DNA of 64,000 nt, from NCBI GenBank assembly GCA_024275565.1, contig JAJRYY010000009.1, positions 636-64,635 of the forward strand. Reading direction: 5' to 3'. Positions 31,535 through 39,511 of the stretch are shown piece after piece. The translations under genes were made by a program, and so were the position numbers. Source of the DNA: Planctomycetota bacterium (GTDB taxonomy: Bacteria; Planctomycetota; Phycisphaerae; UBA1845). Within the stretch, counting starts at the first letter, position 1, and every line of letters begins with the position of its first letter. The notes under the pieces were generated by a model, which was given only the letters and a program-made list of their open reading frames with translations, did no database searches and was not told where the DNA came from.

Positions 31535-32041
31535 TTGCAACGGTTTGAAGAATTCTGCCGCGAGCAGGGGCTTCCTATGACCGTCCAGCGCCGGACCGTT
31601 CTCGAGGACGTGCTTGGACGCTGTGACCACCCCACCGCGGATCAGATATACGATGGGGTTCAGAATCGCATTCCAGGCGTCTCGCGGACGACGGTATACC
31701 GGGTACTCGACCTGCTGGTCCGTCTCAGTCTCATCACCAAGATCTGCCATCCCGGTGCGATTGCGCGGTTCGATGGGAATACGGACCATCACCATCATCT
31801 CATATGCCTGCACTGCGAAAAGGTCATCGATCTGGAGGACAAGCGACTCAGCACGCTCAAGCTTCCGGACGTCGATCATCTTGGCTTTGAGATCACCGAC
31901 TTCCATGTGCAACTCCGTGGAGTCTGTCTCGATTGTCGCAAGGAGGAGCAGGTGACCACCACCTTAGAACCAGGCGCGGATGGAACGCATCTGGCGTCAG
32001 AATCCAGGAATCCGAACAGAAAAACCAAGGCATCAAAGTAA
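31535..32041 (+). CDS. Fur-family metalloregulator (Fur/PerR-like)
   Basis: DNA-binding helix TVQRRTVLEDVL...ADQIYD, an HHHH cluster, and CxxC pairs (CLHC, CLDC). The start is apparently a TTG at 31535. Confidence 0.85.
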   Translation: MQRFEEFCREQGLPMTVQRRTVLEDVLGRCDHPTADQIYDGVQNRIPGVSRTTVYRVLDLLVRLSLITKICHPGAIARFDGNTDHHHHLICLHCEKVIDLEDKRLSTLKLPDVDHLGFEITDFHVQLRGVCLDCRKEEQVTTTLEPGADGTHLASESRNPNRKTKASK

Positions 32042-32055
32042 GGGAGACAAATCCG

Positions 32056-33468
32056 ATGAATCACGACCCTCAACGACATCGTTTGCACACGACCACCACC
32101 ATTGCTGCGACATTGATAGCAATTGCGGCTGGTTTACCTCTATCGCCGGCTGTGGCTGCCCCACCCAACAGTTACGCACCCGTCGTCGCCAGGGAAGATT
32201 TCCAGACGACGATGACGCGCATGAAAGCAGACAAAGCCAGAGTGATGAAAAAGCAGGCGAACCTGCTGGCTGAACGGTACGATCTGGACGACCATTCTGC
32301 AGGTAATCACAAAATGTCCATGGGCAAAAAGATCCAATCGGGCGTACGGGTCAAGCTTCAGCCGGGTATGACCTGGACTAAGCTTGCAAACATGACACCC
32401 GCCGAAATTCGCAGCTCGGGACTATTCCCAAAGGGTTTTCTGCCGCTGCCCCACCCCAATCACCCCGAAGGTGGCATGGTCTTCCCGCAATACCACATCG
32501 ACGAAATCAAGAAGCAGGAAGCACGCGACTTAACGCGTTTCGACCTTGACTACGATCTGCCCACCCACTTCCTGCCCGATTACCCGCCTGCGATCTACCT
32601 CACGACCAGGCCGGACCTCGGCGACGTCTCCCAGGGCAAAGTCGTCACCATCGACAACTACTATGAACTCTTCAACGGCATCTTGAACCCCAAGCAGATT
32701 GAGGGCATGCGACTTCTGGTGACGCCCTTCCCGCAGCAGCAGTTCAACCAGACCAGCGACCGCCGCTCGGAACGACCCCACCGTGGCGTCACCTGCTTCG
32801 ACTGCCATGTGAACGGTCACACCAACGCAGCCACACACCTCGTCGGCGACATCCGACCGCAGGAATTCCGACACGGTCTCGACACGCCGCCGCTCCGTGG
32901 CGTGTACATCCAACGACTCTTCGGTTCGCAGCGAGCATTGAAAACCGTAGAAGACTTCACCGAATTTGAGCAGCGGGCAGCCTATTTCGATGGCGACCAT
33001 GTCATCGCTGCCAAGAAGGGTGTCAATGTCCTCGAGCGCGGCAGCCAGGTCCACTTCATGGCTGAGATGGAGTCGATTCTCGATTTCCCGCCAGCGCCAA
33101 AACTGGACATCTTCGGCAAGCTGATTCCGAGCTTGGCCACCGAATCCGAAATGAGAGGACAAGCCGTATTCTTTGGCAAGGGACGCTGCTCAGAATGCCA
33201 TCCTGCACCGTTCTACACCGACAACCTCATGCACAACCTTAAGACGGAGCGATTCTTCAAACCGCACATGATCCATGGCAGAATGGCGTCAGCCGACGGA
33301 CCCATCAAGACCTTCCCACTCCGCGGCATCAAGGATTCACCGCCCTACCTGCACGATCGTCGCCTGCTCACGCTTGAGGACACGGTCGAGTTCTTCAATC
33401 TGGTGACGGGCGTGAATTTGAACACGCAGGAAAGATCAGACCTGGTAGCCTTCCTGCTAGCACTGTAG
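32056..33468 (+). CDS. di-haem cytochrome c peroxidase / MauG-family protein
   Basis: Two CxxCH haem motifs (CFDCH, CSECH) and a signal peptide. The start is set at the ATG at 32056 with an AGGGAG Shine-Dalgarno; the ORF track begins 41 codons earlier. Confidence 0.87.
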   Translation: MNHDPQRHRLHTTTTIAATLIAIAAGLPLSPAVAAPPNSYAPVVAREDFQTTMTRMKADKARVMKKQANLLAERYDLDDHSAGNHKMSMGKKIQSGVRVKLQPGMTWTKLANMTPAEIRSSGLFPKGFLPLPHPNHPEGGMVFPQYHIDEIKKQEARDLTRFDLDYDLPTHFLPDYPPAIYLTTRPDLGDVSQGKVVTIDNYYELFNGILNPKQIEGMRLLVTPFPQQQFNQTSDRRSERPHRGVTCFDCHVNGHTNAATHLVGDIRPQEFRHGLDTPPLRGVYIQRLFGSQRALKTVEDFTEFEQRAAYFDGDHVIAAKKGVNVLERGSQVHFMAEMESILDFPPAPKLDIFGKLIPSLATESEMRGQAVFFGKGRCSECHPAPFYTDNLMHNLKTERFFKPHMIHGRMASADGPIKTFPLRGIKDSPPYLHDRRLLTLEDTVEFFNLVTGVNLNTQERSDLVAFLLAL

Positions 33469-33732
33469 CACCCACACTGTAGCACTCGCACTGTAGCACC
33501 CGTTGCATCAACGCGGCGAAGGACGCCAACTTCCAGTCAATCCGAGGGTGCCACTGACGAACTGTCCGCCGGTGGCACCCTTTCTTTAGATACCATACAA
33601 TGACACGGAACATGCAGCAGAAAAGGATCAGCGTCGTGAATGAACCATCACTCTACGACCGTCTCGGTGGCTGTGAGGGCAGAATATATCGATGGTGGTT
33701 CAGGGCGTGGGAATCGAGGGGACAAAGAGCGA

Positions 33733-35196
33733 TCAGGCAATCAATGAATACACTGTAATCGAGACAGCAGCGATCATAGCCGCCGCCGCAAGCCACGCGA
33801 GAATCCGACGAAAATCGTATTCTACCCAGGTGAAAACCTGATCCAGTTTATCAAGTCCCGTAACGAGCGCCTCAGCCACCAGGAGCAATCCATTGCGGGC
33901 AGGCGACCAGATGCGATCGTAAAATGGAATACAGACACGTTCGCGAATCGGCAGCCAGGCATGCCTGAGGGCGATCGCACGCATTCTCGCCACATGGGTG
34001 CCAAACGAGATGGATGGATTGGATGACTTGGATGGATTGGATGACGAATCGCCTTTTGGCTTCCCGGGTGCTGTTTCAGTCTCTTTTGAAACGTCCGACG
34101 CCTCGGGGGGAGCGGGCGAATCATCCGTAAAGTCCGGGATCGGATCAGTCTCTGAGACGAACCGTGCAGCCTCCAGATCTGTTAAATCAGGCTGCGGTGA
34201 ATTCAAGGACTCCTTCGAGATATCGCCCGTCTCTTCGACAAGATCGGACGGTCTCACTGCATTGTCAGGAACCACGGCCTCTGATTCAGCGACATCCGAT
34301 TCAGCGACATCGAAGTCAGCAGACTCGGATTCAGCGACGTGAGATTCAGCAGCCTCGGATTCCGCAGCCTCGGATTCAGCAGCGTGGGCTTCAACGACAT
34401 CATTGTCATTGAACGAACCCGGACGCGCCCCGCCATCAGAGATCACGTCATCGGTCGAGGCAGCGTTCTCTTCTGCGACCAGTGAACTTGCGGCGTCGAT
34501 TTCCTCCGCAATCCCATAGTCAGTCTCATCTGTCATCTCAGCGATGAGGTCTTCGACGTGTACCAGTTCGGCTTCCAGTTGCTCGTGCGAGACGCGTTCA
34601 GGATGCTCGGAAGAGGGGAGATCGGCGCTTCCAGATGCAGGCAGTTCGGAATATTCCCCGGTCGATCCGGGTGACAGGGGATCTGCCCCGTCGGATGCAC
34701 CCGACGCCTCATCGTCGATCCCGGTTGCAGCCGGCTTGAGGATACCGACTTCCCGACCGAGTTCGTGGGACAGGTCGGTGGCTTCGTCCAGCACACGGTC
34801 AACCTCTGTTCCCACCAGCCCAGACGGGTCCAACCCGGTCGGATCAAACCCGGTCGGATCAAGCACAGACGGGTCAAGCCCAGTCGGATCAAGCCCGGTC
34901 GGATCAAACCCAGCCGAGTCCAGCCCAGCCGAGTCCAGCCCAGCCGAGTCCAGCCCGGTCGGGTCCAGTCCAGACGGGTCAAGCCCTGGCGGATTAGGGC
35001 TGACAGGATCAGGCGTCGGAAAATCAGGTGCAGACGAATCAGGCTCAGCCGGTTCATGCCCAGGCGTATTGGATCCAGCCGCTCCGGGTTCAGGCGGATC
35101 GGGTTCGGGTGGGCTGGGTTCGGTTTGTTCAGGGGGGTCGGGCATAGAAATCAGGTCTCGCGGTATCCGGAGTATCATCGGAGGATACTGCCGCAA
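33733..35196 (-). CDS. acidic low-complexity repeat protein with C-terminal membrane anchor
   Basis: Pentapeptide array (G/S)LDP(T/S) of about 11 copies, an AESEA-type array, and a C-terminal TM helix (ILAWLAAAAMIAAVSITVYSLIA). The start is uncertain. Confidence 0.55.
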   Translation of the reverse strand: MRQYPPMILRIPRDLISMPDPPEQTEPSPPEPDPPEPGAAGSNTPGHEPAEPDSSAPDFPTPDPVSPNPPGLDPSGLDPTGLDSAGLDSAGLDSAGFDPTGLDPTGLDPSVLDPTGFDPTGLDPSGLVGTEVDRVLDEATDLSHELGREVGILKPAATGIDDEASGASDGADPLSPGSTGEYSELPASGSADLPSSEHPERVSHEQLEAELVHVEDLIAEMTDETDYGIAEEIDAASSLVAEENAASTDDVISDGGARPGSFNDNDVVEAHAAESEAAESEAAESHVAESESADFDVAESDVAESEAVVPDNAVRPSDLVEETGDISKESLNSPQPDLTDLEAARFVSETDPIPDFTDDSPAPPEASDVSKETETAPGKPKGDSSSNPSKSSNPSISFGTHVARMRAIALRHAWLPIRERVCIPFYDRIWSPARNGLLLVAEALVTGLDKLDQVFTWVEYDFRRILAWLAAAAMIAAVSITVYSLIA

Positions 35197-35263
35197 TCTC
35201 CAGAGCGACTGAGAATTGCCATCCTGTATTGTGAATTACCGACCAGCAGCGATAATCCCAGCC

Positions 35264-35998
35264 ATGCGCATCCCACGGGTACACCATCCAGAATTGCAGA
35301 TCGCCAGGAATGACCGTCTCCAGTTGTCGCTGGCTGAGGCGCAGCACGTCCGTGCAGTATTACGCTGCGGCGTTGGGGACGCGGTCCGTGTGTTTGACGG
35401 TGACGGCGGGGTGGCCGACGGGCAGATCGCCGAAATCAGCCGGCGGGACGTCTTCGTAGAAGTTGGCCGCATAACAAAATGGGCGTTTCCGAGCGAACTG
35501 AAGGTGACGCTGGCGGTGGCTGCTCCGAAAGGGCCTCGGCAGAGTGTACTGGTCGAAAAATGCACAGAACTGGGCGTCTGGGGCATATGGCCGGTGGTCT
35601 TCGAGCGCAGCGTCGTGAAACCGGGGTCGGGTGTGATCGAGAAATGGCGGCGGACTGCCATCGAATCCTGCAAGCAGTGCGGGCGTGACTGGACGCCGAG
35701 GATCGCTGAAACAGTGGATTTCGAGTCGGCTGCGTCGAAATTCGGTGAATTCTCGCAAGTATTTGTTGCACATAAGGATACTGCATTTTCAATGCTTTCA
35801 GAACTTTCTGCATCAGAAGATGGGGTCCACGGCAACATTCTGGTCTGGATTGGTCCGGAGGGTGGGATGACCGATAACGAACTGGGGATGTTGCAGGAGG
35901 CTGGTGGCGTTGGCGTTCGGCTTGGGGCGCATGTTTTGCGCATCGAGACCGCTGCCATCGCAACTGCTTCGATTTTGTGTTCCGGGCGAGTAAAGTGA
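35264..35998 (+). CDS. rsmE: 16S rRNA (uracil1498-N3)-methyltransferase
   Basis: MRIPRVHH N-terminus and a SPOUT C-terminal motif (WIGPEGGMTDNE...LGAHVLRIETA). The start is set at 35264. Confidence 0.88.
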   Translation: MRIPRVHHPELQIARNDRLQLSLAEAQHVRAVLRCGVGDAVRVFDGDGGVADGQIAEISRRDVFVEVGRITKWAFPSELKVTLAVAAPKGPRQSVLVEKCTELGVWGIWPVVFERSVVKPGSGVIEKWRRTAIESCKQCGRDWTPRIAETVDFESAASKFGEFSQVFVAHKDTAFSMLSELSASEDGVHGNILVWIGPEGGMTDNELGMLQEAGGVGVRLGAHVLRIETAAIATASILCSGRVK

Positions 35999-36110
35999 GA
36001 ATTTAGTGGCGTACGCGTTCCATGGGGGTTTCGTCGGGCGATCGGCGCGGGTATGAGATGTGGCATAGTGTTGGTAATGCATGATCAGGTTGCAGACTTA
36101 GGGTGGAGCG

Positions 36111-37022
36111 ATGATGGCATTTTTGCGGTTGATGCGTCCGGCGCAGTGGATCAAGAATCTGGCGGTGCTGGCTGGTCCTGCGTTTGCGATGCAGTTTGGC
36201 GAGGACGCGGTCTGGAACACGCTGTTGATTTTTGTAGCGTTTTGTCTGATCTCGAGTGCAAGCTACGCGATCAATGATGTGATGGATCGTGAGGCTGACG
36301 CGTTGCATCCCAAGAAGAAGACGCGTCCGATTGCGTGTGGGGATGTGTCGCCGGGGGCTGCGATCGTTCAGGCGATCCTGCTGGTGGTGGCTGGCGTGGG
36401 GTTGAGTGCGAAGATGCTGCCACTCGGATGTACGGTCATTCTGGTGGCGTATTTTGTGGTGATATTGTCTTACTCGCTGGCGTTGAAACGCCGGATGATT
36501 CTGGATGTGATTTTGATCGCGGTGGGGTTTGTGCTTCGGGCGACAGCCGGTGCGGAGGCGGTCGAGGTTGTGGTGTCGCCGTGGCTGATCGTTTGTACTT
36601 TTACGATTTGCTTGTTCATGGGGTTCGGTAAGCGGCGATGCGAGATTGCTCAGTTTGGGTCGCTGGAGGAAGCCAGCGAGCATCGGCTGACGTTGCTTCG
36701 GTATACGCCGGAGTTTTTGAATCATCTGATCAGCGTGTCAGCCGGGATCGCGATCATGACGTTTTTGCTCTACACGATGGATCGCAACCCGGAGTATGCA
36801 CCGCCGTTTCGGAAGGACCATCTGCTGTACACGATGCCGCTGGTGGTCTATGGGGTGTTTCGGTTTGCCATGCTGGTGCAGAGCGGGAATCGCCAGGGGC
36901 CTATGGATATCATCGTGCGGGATAAGCCGTTTATCGGGACGATCGTGATCTGGGGCCTGCTGGCGGTTGCGATTATGACGGAGAAGTACTGGCTGGCAGC
37001 GGTCGGGTTCGGGGCTGGGTGA
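36111..37022 (+). CDS. UbiA-family prenyltransferase (decaprenyl-phosphate phosphoribosyltransferase-like)
   Basis: Polytopic membrane protein with the NDxxDxxxD motif (NDVMDREAD) and an MRPAQWIKN N-terminus. Confidence 0.85.
   Translation: MMAFLRLMRPAQWIKNLAVLAGPAFAMQFGEDAVWNTLLIFVAFCLISSASYAINDVMDREADALHPKKKTRPIACGDVSPGAAIVQAILLVVAGVGLSAKMLPLGCTVILVAYFVVILSYSLALKRRMILDVILIAVGFVLRATAGAEAVEVVVSPWLIVCTFTICLFMGFGKRRCEIAQFGSLEEASEHRLTLLRYTPEFLNHLISVSAGIAIMTFLLYTMDRNPEYAPPFRKDHLLYTMPLVVYGVFRFAMLVQSGNRQGPMDIIVRDKPFIGTIVIWGLLAVAIMTEKYWLAAVGFGAG
36699..36804 (+). repeat. left copy of a ~106-bp direct repeat (inside the UbiA-family gene)
   Basis: Matches 38893-39000 except for four substitutions and one 2-bp indel, by manual alignment. 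Confidence 0.85.
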
Positions 37023-37162
37023 TTGTGGATAAAGTTAGGGGATTATTACATGGTTGAAGGAAAAAATAACTGCGTCCCCCGTTTCAAGTCACCCGTATTA
37101 CACCCTACTCAATCCAATCGCCGCAGACGGATGAAGAGTTACATTAGATCCAACCTATGGAG

Positions 37163-37804
37163 TCAAATGAACTTATCGAGTTCATCGGGATTCTTCAGAA
37201 ACGTCTTGATCAACTCACCGCGCTTTAGCAACCAATCTGAATGCCCGAGGTCTTTCCGCATCGCCCGTAGTAGGTCATCCATTGCAACCAGGATATTCAA
37301 ATCACTATTTTCTGACGCTACACGAAACTTGCCGTATGCCTGAATGACATCACGCGACCCCCATATGACAAGATCAGTGACGAATTCCTGGTAGAAAGAC
37401 ACCAGTTCCGTGTTTTCTGCGATAGCGTTGCCCGAGTTGTCATTCTTGTACTTAATCATCACGTCCATGACTTTCTTGATGAACCTGACGTAAAGCTGGA
37501 TTTTCTGCGGACGATGCGATTCCGAAATCTCGCGCGTTTTAGATCGCTGCTGGGAAATAATGACAGCACCGAATCCGACAATAGACGTTGCGGCGCCAGC
37601 GATAATCGCAGCAACGACTTCGGACTCCACCGATGACAACCATCTCAGAACGACAAGCCCGCCCATCCGTATCCCAACAAGAATGCCCATTACGATCGCG
37701 ATTGCGGATAAGGTAGGAAGAGCCGCGTAAACTCGACTCATCCTATTATTCGAATTCGTTCCTATGTCGGCAAGCACTTCGTCGCCTGGGTTGAGCTTGA
37801 TCAT
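37163..37804 (-). CDS. hypothetical membrane protein (island cargo)
   Basis: 213-aa ORF in the AT-richer segment, with two predicted TM helices in the N-terminal half and a soluble C-terminal half. No family recognised. Confidence 0.55.
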   Translation of the reverse strand: MIKLNPGDEVLADIGTNSNNRMSRVYAALPTLSAIAIVMGILVGIRMGGLVVLRWLSSVESEVVAAIIAGAATSIVGFGAVIISQQRSKTREISESHRPQKIQLYVRFIKKVMDVMIKYKNDNSGNAIAENTELVSFYQEFVTDLVIWGSRDVIQAYGKFRVASENSDLNILVAMDDLLRAMRKDLGHSDWLLKRGELIKTFLKNPDELDKFI

Positions 37805-38233
37805 CGGTTGAGCTCGCTATTCAGTTTCATCGAGGCGCTGTTGAATCGCATCCGGGTATTGAAACGGGGACGTAGCTAGCTAAGACGCTCCCCATCATAT
37901 GGGCATGTCCATTGCGACCGTATGCCAACGCGATGCTTGTTCTGGACATGCGTTGTTGCCTTCTGCCGTTGAATTGATGGCCCAGTATATATTGTTGCCT
38001 AACAGAAGTCAAATATGGGATTGGCATGGCTGTGCGAGATGGTTGTGATGTTGAGGTCGGTTTTTTGCCTGTATATTGGAGATTTTGGTGGTTTGGGGGA
38101 CGGGTGACGCGTTGGGTTTGTCGATGTCGGGCAATGCCCGACCTACCTTCCGGCGGGTGAAACCCGCCCTGCAGGGGTTTCATGAGCTATTTCCGGTCTT
38201 AACGTCCGAATAATGGAACACGGTTTGACTAGA

Positions 38234-38260
38234 ACGACTTAGTCGTGTAGACTAAGTCTA
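38234..38260 (+). promoter_or_regulatory. two adjacent 13-bp palindromes, candidate TA operator
   Basis: ACGACT-T-AGTCGT (38234-38246) and TAGACT-A-AGTCTA (38248-38260). They share a GACTnAGTC core, and the second abuts the antitoxin ATG. Confidence 0.5.
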
Positions 38261-38505
38261 TGGGGATGGTAAACATCCACTGAAGCAGCAAGACGCACCT
38301 CTCGAAATTGCTGGAGCGGATTGCGCGCGGTGAAGAGATTATCATCGCCAAGGCAGGCAAGCCCATTGCACGATTGATCCCCTATACTGATCGCCACGCA
38401 CCGCGCGTTGGCGCTCAGTGGAAAGGTCTTGTCCGCATCCATGAAGATTTCGACGAACCCCTGCCTCCAGAGATGAATGCAGGATTCATGGGTGAAGGCC
38501 CGTGA
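38260..38505 (+). pseudogene. Phd/YefM-type antitoxin interrupted by an in-frame TGA at codon 8
   Basis: The translation reads MGMVNIH*SSKTHLSKLLERIARGEEIIIAKAGKPIARLIPY... The stop is at 38281-38283. The only intact ORF starts at a TTG at 38308 and lacks the N-terminal strand. Confidence 0.7.
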
Positions 38506-38884
38506 GTGGTTACCTGCTGGATACGCACGTCATTTTGTGGTGGCTGGATGAGATCCCACCCAATTGTCTTCTGAGGCTTGCGAGGCGATTTCAGACGCGG
38601 ATAATGATGTGTTTGTGAGCGCTGCCGTCGCCTGGGAGATGGCGATCAAGAAATCCATCGGGCGCCTCGACATTCCCGGCAATCTACCAGACGTGCTCAG
38701 TTCTGACATCATTAAGGTGCTAGACATCAACATCCATCACGCCCTGGCTGTGGGTGATTTGCCGATCCTCCTCCAGGATCCCTTCGACCGCATTCAGATC
38801 GTTCAGGCCAATCTGGAAAATCTGATCCTGATTACCCACGACAAAAGAGTTCAGCAATACGACGTGAAATGGTGGGCCACCTGA
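38502..38884 (+). pseudogene. PIN-domain (VapC-like) toxin with a frameshift near 38550
   Basis: A GTG overlaps the antitoxin stop (GTGA). Frame 1 gives VSGYLLDTHVILWWLDE and then stops at 38616. The rest of the PIN domain (DPTQLSSEACEAISDADNDVFVSAAVAWEMAIK...DPFDRIQIVQA) is in the next frame. Confidence 0.75.
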
Positions 38885-38892
38885 TCAGGTTA

Positions 38893-39000
38893 CGGTATAC
38901 GCCGGTGTTTTTGAATCATCTGATCAGCGTGTCAGCCGGGATCGCGCGATCATGACGTTTTTGCTCCACACGATGGATCGCAACCCTGAGTATGCCCCGC
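38893..39000 (+). repeat. right copy of the UbiA-gene fragment (non-functional, 2-bp insertion)
   Basis: Sequence cggtatacgccggtgtttttgaatcatctgatcagcgtgtcagccgggatcgcgCGatcatgacg... Similarity to the UbiA gene ends at about 39000. Confidence 0.85.
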
Positions 39001-39511
39001 GACCTGCCCCCATTTTATGTACTGAAAAACATCCTGATGATCTGCCAACCGGAGTTGGTGAATCACCTGTTTACACGGGGCGTAACGACCTCGAGCCGAG
39101 CAATGACGGGTCTTGAAATTCCACCGCCCAGCCCCAACGCCTACCTGTCGATTTGACGAATATCAGCCGTCCAGAGAGGCTGCCGCCGATTTCTTCTTTG
39201 CCAGGCTGGATATGCCCGGCGGCGTCCATCTCTGCAGAGCGGCGTCCATCTCTGCAGAGATGTGCGATGCCATCCAGCAACACTTCAAGCAGCCTTGAGT
39301 TACTCCAAACAGCCTTGAATTCGTACCGGATTATGCTAAAGTAGTGCTTCAGATTTCATCTGATGGGGAAAACCTGCCCCAGAACGCACGTTGTCGCATT
39401 TCGAATTTGTCAACGCTCAGGTTTCGCGAGCGGCGGGGTGATTGTTCATCTCAGAAGCATTGGTCGCAGGTGAAAAGCAAAATTTACTCAGACAGGAAAG
39501 GAGTCCTACTT

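Larger units (their letters stand above)
36805..38892. mobile_element. putative inserted segment (~2.1 kb, visibly lower GC) bounded by the duplicated UbiA-gene fragment
   Basis: Direct repeats lie at both ends. The cargo is one orphan membrane protein and a decayed toxin-antitoxin pair. No integrase or transposase is present. Confidence 0.45.

Noticed and set aside
39344-39511. The N-terminal 56 codons of the ORF-track call for the G8 protein (MLQISSDGENLPQNARC...).
   Set aside because: There is no Shine-Dalgarno sequence, the composition is not signal-like, and the region is AT-rich. The ATG at 39512 has a strong GGAAAGGAG Shine-Dalgarno and opens directly into a signal peptide.
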